Source: an uncultured Bacteroidales bacterium
GTDB taxonomy: Bacteria; Bacteroidota; Bacteroidia; Bacteroidales; JAIORY01
Direction of reading: 5' to 3'
Assembly (NCBI GenBank): GCA_964404485.1
Contig: CAYOKJ010000002.1
Coordinates: 70-64,069 of the forward strand
DNA length: 64,000 nucleotides
Shown here: positions 28,585-37,579 of the stretch, one piece after another
How the letters are laid out: each line of letters starts with the position of its first letter
Position numbering within the stretch: the first letter of the stretch is position 1
Notes under the pieces: generated by a model
Told to the model about the DNA's origin: nothing
Database searches by the model: none
The model's input: the letters and a program-made list of their open reading frames with translations, nothing else
Translations under genes and position numbers: made by a program

Positions 28585-30933
28585 ATGAGAAATCTAAGAA
28601 AACTTACTTTAATATTTTTACTTAGCTTTTATTTTTTGAATTCATTTTCACAGGGAATCGGAATAGGTGAATGGAGAAACCATTTACCACACAAAAATTG
28701 TATCTCGGTTGCCGAAGCAAATAATAAAATTTATTGTGCTACACCATATAGTTTATTTTATTATGATAAAAATGATAATAGTGTTGAACAACTAAACAAA
28801 ATAAATGGATTATCTGATTTTGGTGTAAGTATTATCGAATCCGACAAAAACAATAATATCCTTTTGATTGCTTATACAAACGCAAATATTGACTTAATAA
28901 AAGATGGAAATATTATTAATATTCCTGACATTAAACGAAAAACAATTATTGGAAAAAAAACAATAAACAATATTTTATTTGTTGATAAGTTGGCTTATCT
29001 TTCTTGTGGATTTGGAATTGTTGTTTTGGATGTTGAAAATGAGGAAATTTTAGATACTTATTTTATTGGACCACAAGGTAATCAAATAGATGTTCTGGAT
29101 TTAACATACAACGACACATCATATTTTGCCGCAACAGAAAACGGTATTTATACAGCTGCAATTGATGAAGCAAACCTTGCAAATTATGCTGTTTGGTCAA
29201 AGCCTGAAAATTTTCCAAATCAAAATACAAAGTTCGATGAGATAGAATATTTTAGTGGCAAACTTATTGCAAACAATTATCAAAGTGGTTATGCTAACGA
29301 CACTTTGTTTGTTTTTGACGGATTGACCTGGGACTATTTTGAGTCTGGATTTTCTGCTGATTTTAGAAGCCTGAAATCTTTTAACGAAAATATATTAATT
29401 GTTTCGAATACAGTAATTAATATTTATAACGAAGACTTTATACTGGAAAACACAATTCATAATCCAAACTCATTTTTTCTTTCTCCAAATGATGCAATTA
29501 TCGATAATAATAATTTTGTTTGGATTGCAGATACATATAATGGACTGGTTAAGGTATTTGCTGAAAATTCAGCAGAAAGAATATTACTTGAAGGGCCGGC
29601 AACTGCAAATGTATTTTCTCTGTCTTCAAAAGGAGATGCTTTATGGGTTGCACCGGGCAGCAGAACCAGCGACTGGGGAGCACTTTATAAAAGAGATGGT
29701 GTTTTTTATTTTAATGATAATGAATGGACAAGATATTATTATAACAACAATCCGGCATTTGAACAAATTCATGATGTAGTTACAATTGCAATTGATCCAA
29801 CAAATTCGCAAAGAGTTTTTGCAGGGGCTTATCGTAACGATAGTGCCATTGTTGAATTTTTAGGAAACGAAGTTGTAAATATTTATACAGAAGAAAACAG
29901 CTCTTTACAAAAATGGCCGGCAGCCGATCAGATTGCAATTACAGGAATGGATTTTGATTCAGAAAATAATTTATGGGTTGCCAATTCCGGTGCGCCAAAT
30001 ATTCTTTCTGTAAGAGTTGCCAATGGTACTCCTGACGGAAAATGGAATTCATTTAATCTGGGTTCTGTTGCTTCTGGTATTGATATTGGTGAATTAATTG
30101 TTGATGATTATAACCAAAAATGGATAATCAAAAGAAAAACAGTAGAAAGCCCGTATTATTTGTTTGTTTTTAGTGAAAATAACACAATTGAAAATACATC
30201 AGATGATAATATTAAAGGAATAACATCTGCTCCCGGACACGGTAACATTTCAGGAAATAAAGTTTATTGTGTTGCAAAAGATCAGGATGGAGAAATTTGG
30301 ATTGGAACAGATGAAGGTATTTCGGTTATTTATTCTCCAGAAAATGTTTTTACAAATAATAATTTTGATGCTCAGCGTATTTTAGTAGAACAAGATGGCT
30401 ATGTGCAGTATCTTCTCGAAACAGAAGTTGTTACAAGTATTTGTGTTGACGGGGATAATAAAAAATGGATAGGTACAGATAATACCGGTGTTTTTTTATT
30501 GTCAGCGGATGGCACCGAAGAAATTCTTCATTTTACTGTTGAAAATAGTCCTTTGCTTTCAAATATGATTAGTGACATAGCTATTAATAATGATGGAGAA
30601 GTTTTTATAGGTACAGCAAATGGAATAATTTCATATAGGGGGACAGCTACCCCGGGAACTCCAACATTTGAAAATGTTTATGCTTTTCCAAATCCGGTGA
30701 GAGAAGGATTTACTGGAAAAATAGGAATTAAAGGATTAGTAAATAGGGCTGATATAAAAATAACGGATATTAACGGAACCCTGATTTATGAAACTAAAGC
30801 AGAAGGCGGACAAGCAATTTGGGACGGAAGAAACTTTAACGGAAGAAAAGCTCAAACAGGTGTCTATCTCGTATTTTCAACTAATGAAGATGGTAGCGAA
30901 ACGATGGTTACTAAGATTCTTATTATTAATTAA
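28585..30933 (+). CDS. Double beta-propeller protein with a T9SS type-A C-terminal domain (PorZ-like)
   Basis: Signal peptide, two-component-regulator-propeller-like repeats (W.GT..G), and a C-terminal FPNPV...GVYLVF...ILII sorting domain. At 782 aa its size is similar to my recollection of PorZ. Confidence 0.5.
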   Translation: MRNLRKLTLIFLLSFYFLNSFSQGIGIGEWRNHLPHKNCISVAEANNKIYCATPYSLFYYDKNDNSVEQLNKINGLSDFGVSIIESDKNNNILLIAYTNANIDLIKDGNIINIPDIKRKTIIGKKTINNILFVDKLAYLSCGFGIVVLDVENEEILDTYFIGPQGNQIDVLDLTYNDTSYFAATENGIYTAAIDEANLANYAVWSKPENFPNQNTKFDEIEYFSGKLIANNYQSGYANDTLFVFDGLTWDYFESGFSADFRSLKSFNENILIVSNTVINIYNEDFILENTIHNPNSFFLSPNDAIIDNNNFVWIADTYNGLVKVFAENSAERILLEGPATANVFSLSSKGDALWVAPGSRTSDWGALYKRDGVFYFNDNEWTRYYYNNNPAFEQIHDVVTIAIDPTNSQRVFAGAYRNDSAIVEFLGNEVVNIYTEENSSLQKWPAADQIAITGMDFDSENNLWVANSGAPNILSVRVANGTPDGKWNSFNLGSVASGIDIGELIVDDYNQKWIIKRKTVESPYYLFVFSENNTIENTSDDNIKGITSAPGHGNISGNKVYCVAKDQDGEIWIGTDEGISVIYSPENVFTNNNFDAQRILVEQDGYVQYLLETEVVTSICVDGDNKKWIGTDNTGVFLLSADGTEEILHFTVENSPLLSNMISDIAINNDGEVFIGTANGIISYRGTATPGTPTFENVYAFPNPVREGFTGKIGIKGLVNRADIKITDINGTLIYETKAEGGQAIWDGRNFNGRKAQTGVYLVFSTNEDGSETMVTKILIIN

Positions 30934-31033
30934 GCATCAAAGGTTAACTTAATTAAAATTAAAAATAAAATTACTTTCCCAAATTTCTAAAATTCACATA
31001 TTGAATCCAATAAAACAATTTAACTACAAACAA

Positions 31034-32104
31034 ATGAAAAACATTTTTACAAAACTATTTTTTGCTTTTGCAATACTTTTATTAATTTCAGCTTGCAGTA
31101 ATAATGAAACAAAAAATAAACATCAAAAACGAATAACTAAAGCTGATACTGTTGATGCAACTAATGATTTTTATGATAATGCCGAATTGTATAATTTAGA
31201 AATGTTTGACATCGAAGTTGTGGGCGAAATCCTAAATCCGGGAAAAGTTGATTTATCAAAATTGCCTCTACATAGTGTTATTGTAAAAGAAACTGTTCTT
31301 TCGGATGATGGTAATAAATTTATCGGAGCTTACCGTTACGATGGTTATTCTTTGTATGACATTTTAAATAACAGAAAATTAAATAAAAAGAATGAAAATC
31401 ATTTCAAGCCAATTATTGATTTATATGTTGAGGTAGAAAATGAGCTTGGCGAAAGTGTGAAAATCAGCTGGGGAGAAATTTTTTACCCCAATCATTTACC
31501 CGAAATTATCATTGCTTCAAGAGTTATGAGAATAGTTCCTTCGAAAACCAATGAATTATGGGAATTACCAAAAAAATCAAAACTAATTATTAAAAACGAT
31601 CTTTTTACTGAACGAAATATTAGCAAACCTCAAAAAATTACCGTTAAGTCGTATGATAAAAAATTTAAAGTAGAAAAAGGTAAAAATCCACTATTTTCAT
31701 CAGAAATAAAAATTTATAATGAGAAAAACAAGCCAACTATAATTTCTACAAACCCTGCGGATATAAAAAACCATACAGTACATACGATTTATTACGGGAG
31801 AGGCAGAGGCATTCACAGTACAGAGCCTTTTACAGGAATATATTTTAAAGATTTGCTTCAGCAATATTTCCCTCTTACAAAAGAGTCAATTATGAATGGA
31901 ATTTTCGTTATTGCTGCTGACGATGGTTACAGAGTAGTTTATACTTTAAGTGAAATTTATAATAGAAATGATCAATCAGAAATTTTGTTAATTTGTGATC
32001 AGAAAGCTATAAACAATGGTATTTTTAAATTATTTCCAAGTTGTGATTTCTTTTCGGATAGAGCCGTGAAAGCAATAACGGAAATACATTATTCGGAAAA
32101 ATAA
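31034..32104 (+). CDS. Hypothetical lipoprotein
   Basis: MKNIFTKLFFAFAILLLISAC lipobox. The track's TTG start at 31001 is probably an over-extension. Confidence 0.5.
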   Translation: MKNIFTKLFFAFAILLLISACSNNETKNKHQKRITKADTVDATNDFYDNAELYNLEMFDIEVVGEILNPGKVDLSKLPLHSVIVKETVLSDDGNKFIGAYRYDGYSLYDILNNRKLNKKNENHFKPIIDLYVEVENELGESVKISWGEIFYPNHLPEIIIASRVMRIVPSKTNELWELPKKSKLIIKNDLFTERNISKPQKITVKSYDKKFKVEKGKNPLFSSEIKIYNEKNKPTIISTNPADIKNHTVHTIYYGRGRGIHSTEPFTGIYFKDLLQQYFPLTKESIMNGIFVIAADDGYRVVYTLSEIYNRNDQSEILLICDQKAINNGIFKLFPSCDFFSDRAVKAITEIHYSEK

Positions 32105-32126
32105 TATCTTTAAAAAAAATTTAAAG

Positions 32127-32852
32127 ATGCTTCACAAAACCCGTGGAATAGTTTTACATCAAATTAATTATTCTGAAACCAGTGTAATTGCTAAGATTTA
32201 TACTGAGCAATTTGGATTGCAATCATACATTATCAGAGGGGTTAGAAAAGCTAAATCCAAAATTAAGAGAAATTTATTACAGCATCTTTCGCCCGTTGAT
32301 ATGATTGTTTATCATAAGGAAAAAAGTAACATTCAAAATATTAAAGAGATAAAAGTAGATTTTCAATTGCAAAGCATTCCTTTTGAAATTACAAAAGGAT
32401 CAATAGCAATTTTTATTAATGAAATTTTATACAAATCGGTAAAAGAAGAAGAAGCTAATCCAAATCTTTTTGAGTTTATTTTTAATTCTGTTAAACTTCT
32501 GGATGAAACAAAAGACAAATACATAAATTTCCATTTGTTGTTTATGATACATCTTACAAAATTCCTTGGCTTTTTTCCAAGAGGGAATTATTCGCCTGTA
32601 AAAACATTTTTTGATATGGAGGAAGGTGTATTTTGTGGTAGTAAACCCTTACACGGAAATTATATTAAGGAACCCATAAGCAGGAAATTTTTCGATTTGC
32701 TGAAAACAGAATTACCTGATCACGCTTCTGTATGCCTCAACCAAAAAGAAAGGCAAGATATTCTTCAAAAGCTAATTGATTATTATTGTCTTCATCTTCC
32801 TGTTTTTAAGGGAATAAAATCACATCATATTTTAAGGGAGGTTTTGGAGTGA
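32127..32852 (+). CDS. recO: DNA repair protein RecO
   Basis: The N-terminal OB-fold region HKTRGIVLHQINYSETSVIAKIYTEQFGLQSY and the length of about 240 aa are typical. Confidence 0.75.
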   Translation: MLHKTRGIVLHQINYSETSVIAKIYTEQFGLQSYIIRGVRKAKSKIKRNLLQHLSPVDMIVYHKEKSNIQNIKEIKVDFQLQSIPFEITKGSIAIFINEILYKSVKEEEANPNLFEFIFNSVKLLDETKDKYINFHLLFMIHLTKFLGFFPRGNYSPVKTFFDMEEGVFCGSKPLHGNYIKEPISRKFFDLLKTELPDHASVCLNQKERQDILQKLIDYYCLHLPVFKGIKSHHILREVLE

Positions 32853-33202
32853 AAGGAGTTATTAATTTTAGTTTTTGGGAAAAGGCAGTAGATGATTTTT
32901 CTACATTTTACATCGAAATCGTAACTCTAAAATCACAAATCTAAAATTTTAAATCAACTTGCTTGTTATATATTTTTTATATATGTTTGTAACTTAATGT
33001 GAAGAAAATAAAAAAGTAAGCTTATTTACTCATATTGAAAAAATAAACGTAAGAGTAACTTTAGTTGGATGTTACCCACAAGCTGAAACCCCACAGCATA
33101 TTTTACACATTTGGTTTTTGCCGACACACTATTCAACCCTGAAAAAACCAAAAGAGTAAAATTCTCCCGACCTTCTTATAGATTTATATATTAAATAATA
33201 AT

Positions 33203-33253
33203 ATACAATTGTATTGTTTGTAAATATTTTAATATATCTTTGCTCTTTACAAA
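33203..33253 (+). promoter_or_regulatory. Candidate operator sites around the promoter of the XRE operon
   Basis: Perfect 12-bp palindrome ATACAATTGTAT (33203-33214). The inverted pair TTTGTAAA (33217-33224) / TTTACAAA (33246-33253) brackets the -7 box. Confidence 0.4.
33235..33242 (+). promoter_or_regulatory. -7 promoter box (TAnnTTTG) of the XRE / PHP-ATPase / AlbA_2 operon
   Basis: TATCTTTG lies 30 nt upstream of the ATG at 33272. Confidence 0.5.
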
Positions 33254-33271
33254 TTTATATCAAAGTCTAAA

Positions 33272-33490
33272 ATGGACTCTATGAATAGGATTAAAATAGT
33301 TTTAAAAGAACAAGGACGAACCCAGACTTGGTTAGCTGAAAAAATTGGAAAAAGTTTTGTTGTTGTGACCAACTATTGTAACAATAACTCCCAGCCAAGT
33401 ATTCAGGTTTTGACTAATATATCTAAAATTTTAGATGTTGATGTCCGAGAATTACTCGTTTCCACAAAAAACAATTTAAAAAATGGATAA
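33272..33490 (+). CDS. XRE/Cro-type helix-turn-helix transcriptional regulator (72 aa)
   Basis: RIKIVLKEQGRTQTWLAEKIGKSFVVVTNYCNNNSQPSIQVLTNISKILDVDVRELL is a canonical HTH_3 layout. Its stop overlaps the next start by 8 nt (ATGGATAA). Confidence 0.85.
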   Translation: MDSMNRIKIVLKEQGRTQTWLAEKIGKSFVVVTNYCNNNSQPSIQVLTNISKILDVDVRELLVSTKNNLKNG

Positions 33491-36125
33491 ACATCTAAAC
33501 ATATTCAAAAATGGAAGTTTTTGGCTAAGAGCCGATTTCCATTTACACACAAAAGCGGATAAAGAGTTTATTTATATTGGTGAAGAAAATTCCTTTATTT
33601 CATCTTATGTTGACAAGCTTGATGAGGAAAAAATCAAAGTTGCATTCATAACAAATCACAATAAATTTGATATAAATGAATATACAGCTTTATCAAAAAA
33701 GGCACTTAAGAAGGAAATATATATAATACCGGGAGTTGAACTTTCTGTAAATGACGGAGCAAATGGTATTCACTGTTTGGTAATTTTTAACCCAACAGAA
33801 TGGTTAGAAAATAATACGGATTTTATTAACCAATTTTTAACTCAAACATTTGCAGGAAAAGCAAATTACGAAAATGAAAATGGAAGGTCAAATGATAATT
33901 TAATTGAAACAATAAAAAAATTAGATGCATTTGAAAAAGACTATTTTATAATTATGGCTCACATTGAACAAACAAGTGGTTTTTTCAATGAATTTAACGG
34001 AGGAAGAATAGAAGAATTAGGGAAACAACCATTATTCCGAAAATCAGTATTAGGCTTTCAAAAAGTGCGGACACGTGATTATATAAAAAATCTCAAATTA
34101 TGGTTAGGGAATGAATTGCCAGCATTTGTTGAAGGTTCAGACCCTAAAAAGATTGATGAAATTGGGAAAGGCGAACCAACGTTTTTAAAACTTGGAGCAT
34201 ATAATTTCGAAGCAATAAAATATGCTTTGTTGGATAAGAATTTTCGTCAATCAAAATTATTAAAAAACCCAACTAATGGATATATAAAATCTATTAGTTT
34301 CAAAGGTGGTAAATTGGATGAAAATACTGTGTATTTGAATCATTCAATGAATAATTTGATAGGAATAAGAGGTAGTGGAAAATCTTCAATTTTAGAAGCC
34401 ATTCGGTACGCCTTAGATATAAGTTTAACAAAAGACCAGAATGTTGATTTTGAATATAAAAATAATTTGGTAAATGCACTTTTAAGTAGTGGTGGAAAGA
34501 TTACTTGTGTTTTGGTTGATGACCAGGGCAATGAATATAAAACAGAAAAAATATTAGGAGACAGAACAAACATATACAAAGATAATGAACTTCAATTAGG
34601 CTTAAAACCTAATGCCATTGTTAAAAAACCAATATACTTTGGGCAAAAAGACCTTTCACAAATTGGAGATTCATTATCAACAGAATACTTAATAAGCAAA
34701 CTCATAGGAGACCGATTAATAAATAAAAAACGAGAAATTGAAAACAAGAATCAAATCATCCTAAACTTATTGAATGAAATTAAAAGGGTTGATGCCAACT
34801 TAGATACTAAATCTGCATATGAAGAAAGATTGGCAGAGTTAAAATTAAAAATTCAAGTTTTTAAAGACAATGAAATTGACAAAAAACTAGAAAAACAAAT
34901 TGCCTTTGATAAAGACATAAACTTTATTAAACGAGTTGACAAATTCGAGGTTAAAATCATTGATGCTTTAGATGAATTTATTCAAGAATATGATGATGGA
35001 TTTGACAACTTTAAAACGTACGTATCTAAAGAAAATATAACGGATATAGAAAAAGTTTCTCAATCGTTAATCTCTTTTGAAAAAATATTTGATGATTTAA
35101 GAAACATCATAATTTCACTTATTACTAAAAATAAAGAACTCACAGAAACCCAAAAAGGTTTTACAAACAAATACAATGAATTAAAAGAAGAGTTTTCAAA
35201 CATTAAAAGAGACATAAAACTTCCAAATATTCAAGCAGATGACTATGTAAAATACACTAAAGAACTCGATTTAACGAAAGCACAACTTTCTGAACTAGAG
35301 AAGCTTTCCAAAAAGAAAAATGAATTACAGACTCAGCTTGAACAATCATTAGTTTCTCTTCAAGGATTATGGCATAACGAATTTGAAATCATTCAGGATG
35401 AAATTAGAAAGGTTAATTATGGTCAACCTCTTGTTGTTATAAATGGACAAGAGATTCCCGTAATCAAGATAAAAGTTGATTTCAAAAAAAATACAGATAA
35501 TTTTAAATCATATTTAAAAGAAAATCTCAGGGGGAGCAATCTTAGGGATAATAATATTCAAACTATAATTGATAACTATTCTGATTTAATTAGCGTCTTC
35601 AATGATTTCTCAATTGAAAATAGCAATATTCAAAATAGTTTATCAGAAACACAACTTCATACCTTTAAGGAGTATTTCAAATCTAATATTGGAGCCTTTT
35701 TAACCTATCGAATTCCTGATAAGTTCGAAATCATATACAGAGGACGCCCTCTAAACGTACATTCACTAGGACAAAGAGCATCAGCTTTAATTATTTTCTT
35801 GCTCACTTTGAAAGATAGTGACTTAATTATTATTGACCAACCAGAAGATGATTTGGATAACCAAACTATTTACAATGATGTTATCAAAGTCTTAAAAGAG
35901 TTAAAGAATACGTCACAGTTTATCTTTGCCACACACAACCCAAACATTCCTGTTTTGGGAGACTGTGAGCAAATCATCTCTTGTAAATATCACTCCAATT
36001 CAATTCAAACTGATTTAGGAAGTATTGATGATGAAACAATACGAAAAAAGATTGTGAATATTATGGAAGGTGGAGAAGAAGCATTTAATAATAGAAAAAT
36101 AATTTACGAATTATGGAAGCATTAG
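33483..36125 (+). CDS. PHP-family phosphoesterase fused to an SMC/Rad50/SbcC-like ABC ATPase with a long coiled-coil insert (Ppl-like candidate defence protein)
   Basis: PHP ligand candidates H20-x-H22 (ADFHLHT), H59 (ITNHN), E86 (GVELS), H97 and H160. Walker A GIRGSGK300SS. About 350 aa of heptad-rich K/E/L sequence. Signature-like S761-LGQR, Walker B LIIID785QPE788DDLD, and H-loop FATHN. Confidence 0.7.
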   Translation: MDKHLNIFKNGSFWLRADFHLHTKADKEFIYIGEENSFISSYVDKLDEEKIKVAFITNHNKFDINEYTALSKKALKKEIYIIPGVELSVNDGANGIHCLVIFNPTEWLENNTDFINQFLTQTFAGKANYENENGRSNDNLIETIKKLDAFEKDYFIIMAHIEQTSGFFNEFNGGRIEELGKQPLFRKSVLGFQKVRTRDYIKNLKLWLGNELPAFVEGSDPKKIDEIGKGEPTFLKLGAYNFEAIKYALLDKNFRQSKLLKNPTNGYIKSISFKGGKLDENTVYLNHSMNNLIGIRGSGKSSILEAIRYALDISLTKDQNVDFEYKNNLVNALLSSGGKITCVLVDDQGNEYKTEKILGDRTNIYKDNELQLGLKPNAIVKKPIYFGQKDLSQIGDSLSTEYLISKLIGDRLINKKREIENKNQIILNLLNEIKRVDANLDTKSAYEERLAELKLKIQVFKDNEIDKKLEKQIAFDKDINFIKRVDKFEVKIIDALDEFIQEYDDGFDNFKTYVSKENITDIEKVSQSLISFEKIFDDLRNIIISLITKNKELTETQKGFTNKYNELKEEFSNIKRDIKLPNIQADDYVKYTKELDLTKAQLSELEKLSKKKNELQTQLEQSLVSLQGLWHNEFEIIQDEIRKVNYGQPLVVINGQEIPVIKIKVDFKKNTDNFKSYLKENLRGSNLRDNNIQTIIDNYSDLISVFNDFSIENSNIQNSLSETQLHTFKEYFKSNIGAFLTYRIPDKFEIIYRGRPLNVHSLGQRASALIIFLLTLKDSDLIIIDQPEDDLDNQTIYNDVIKVLKELKNTSQFIFATHNPNIPVLGDCEQIISCKYHSNSIQTDLGSIDDETIRKKIVNIMEGGEEAFNNRKIIYELWKH

Positions 36126-37270
36126 AATTATTAGACTTAATACATAAAGGAGAATCCAGTGAAGTTCAATTTAAGATACGGGTCAATGATGCGTATAAAA
36201 CAGGAACTGAAATGGTTGCATTTTCAAATACAAAAGGAGGATTATTAATAATCGGAATTGATGATAAAACTGGAGATATAAATGGATTATCTTACGAAGA
36301 ACTTCAGGAAACTAATCAATTATTAGCAAATGCAGCATCAGATAATGTTAAACCTCCCATTTACATTTATACCGAGACAGTTGAAATAAGTGACAAAAAA
36401 GTAGTCGTTGCTCGAATTTCAGAAGGAATTAGTAAACCTCACACGGATAACAAAGGTATTATTTGGGTTAAGAATGGTTCTGACAAAAGAAAAGTTGTTG
36501 CTAGAGAAGAAATGGCAAGGCTATTACAAAGTAGTGGTAATTTATTTGCTGATGAAACAATAGTTAATGGTACCACTATAAACGATATTAATGAAGATTT
36601 TTTTAAAAACTTTATAAAATCAAAAACCAAGAAGTCTATTGATGAATTAGGACTGTCCATTTCGGGAATGTTGTCGAATATGGGAATGCTCAAAGATGGA
36701 AATTTATCTCTTGGGGGGTTACTTCTATTTGGGAAAAACCCGCAACAATATAGACCTGCTTTCACAATACAATGTGTGTCAATTGCTGGGAATGATATTA
36801 GTTCAAATGATTACAGAGATAAAGAAGACCCATTTATAGGAAACCTTCAAGAGCTTTATGATAAAACCCTTTCTTTTATTACCCGAAACTTAAAGAAAAT
36901 ACAAAAAGAAGAAAGTTTTAATTCACCATCAGTTCTCGAATTACCAATTGAAACTATTGAGGAACTCCTTGTTAATGCTTTGGTTCATAGAGATTATTTC
37001 ATTCTTTCAAGCATTAAGGTTTTTATTTTCGACAATCGGGTAGAAATAATAAGCCCCGGAATATTACCTAATACATTGACAATTGAGAATATTAAAGTTG
37101 GCACCTCAATTCAGAGAAACCCAATGTTATATTCAAACTCAAGATATGTTCTTCCATTTTTTGGTGTTGGTAGCGGAATACCCAGAGCATATGAAAATGT
37201 ACCGGATTTAGAATTAATTAATGATATTGATAGAGAACTCTTTATTTCAATAATCAAACGGAATAGTTAA
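36113..37270 (+). CDS. AlbA_2 (Schlafen-like 'divergent AAA') plus HATPase_c_4 domain protein (COG2865-like), lacking a C-terminal wHTH
   Basis: N-terminus GESSEVQFKIRVND...EMVAFSNTKGGLLIIGIDDKTGDINGL fits AlbA_2. C-terminus ELLVNALVHRDYF...RVEIISPGILPN...SIQRNPML...GVGSGIPR fits HATPase_c_4. The start overlaps the upstream stop by 13 nt. Confidence 0.7.
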   Translation: MEALELLDLIHKGESSEVQFKIRVNDAYKTGTEMVAFSNTKGGLLIIGIDDKTGDINGLSYEELQETNQLLANAASDNVKPPIYIYTETVEISDKKVVVARISEGISKPHTDNKGIIWVKNGSDKRKVVAREEMARLLQSSGNLFADETIVNGTTINDINEDFFKNFIKSKTKKSIDELGLSISGMLSNMGMLKDGNLSLGGLLLFGKNPQQYRPAFTIQCVSIAGNDISSNDYRDKEDPFIGNLQELYDKTLSFITRNLKKIQKEESFNSPSVLELPIETIEELLVNALVHRDYFILSSIKVFIFDNRVEIISPGILPNTLTIENIKVGTSIQRNPMLYSNSRYVLPFFGVGSGIPRAYENVPDLELINDIDRELFISIIKRNS

Positions 37271-37579
37271 AAAATGAAACCAACACCAAAAGCCATACAC
37301 ATTGTCAAGTCGCTCGAAAAAGCCAACCGCACTTGCCAAAACTTGTCAATAAGTATGGCTTTGCTAACCACACGAAAAAAAACAGCCAGTGGGTAACAAA
37401 ACCTATACGTAATGCGAGGTTCAGAACTAAATTGAAAGATTATGCAAGCACTGAAATATCGTCATAAAAATATAGTGAAGTGCTTCGGAAACCCGCACTA
37501 CGCATAGCCAAATCATTTGCATATTAATATATTATCTTCTTCCATCTTTACATTTATCATTATTATAAAGAAATAAGAA

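Noticed and set aside
32853-33271. tRNA or tmRNA genes, att-like direct repeats, or integrase genes at the borders of the two accessory islands (32853-33271, 37271-38133, 54607-55135).
   Set aside because: Scanning by eye found no GGTTCGAATCC-type T-arm or cloverleaf-compatible sequence, no recombinase ORF, and no obvious direct repeat shared by the two flanks. Neither island is therefore called a mobile element.
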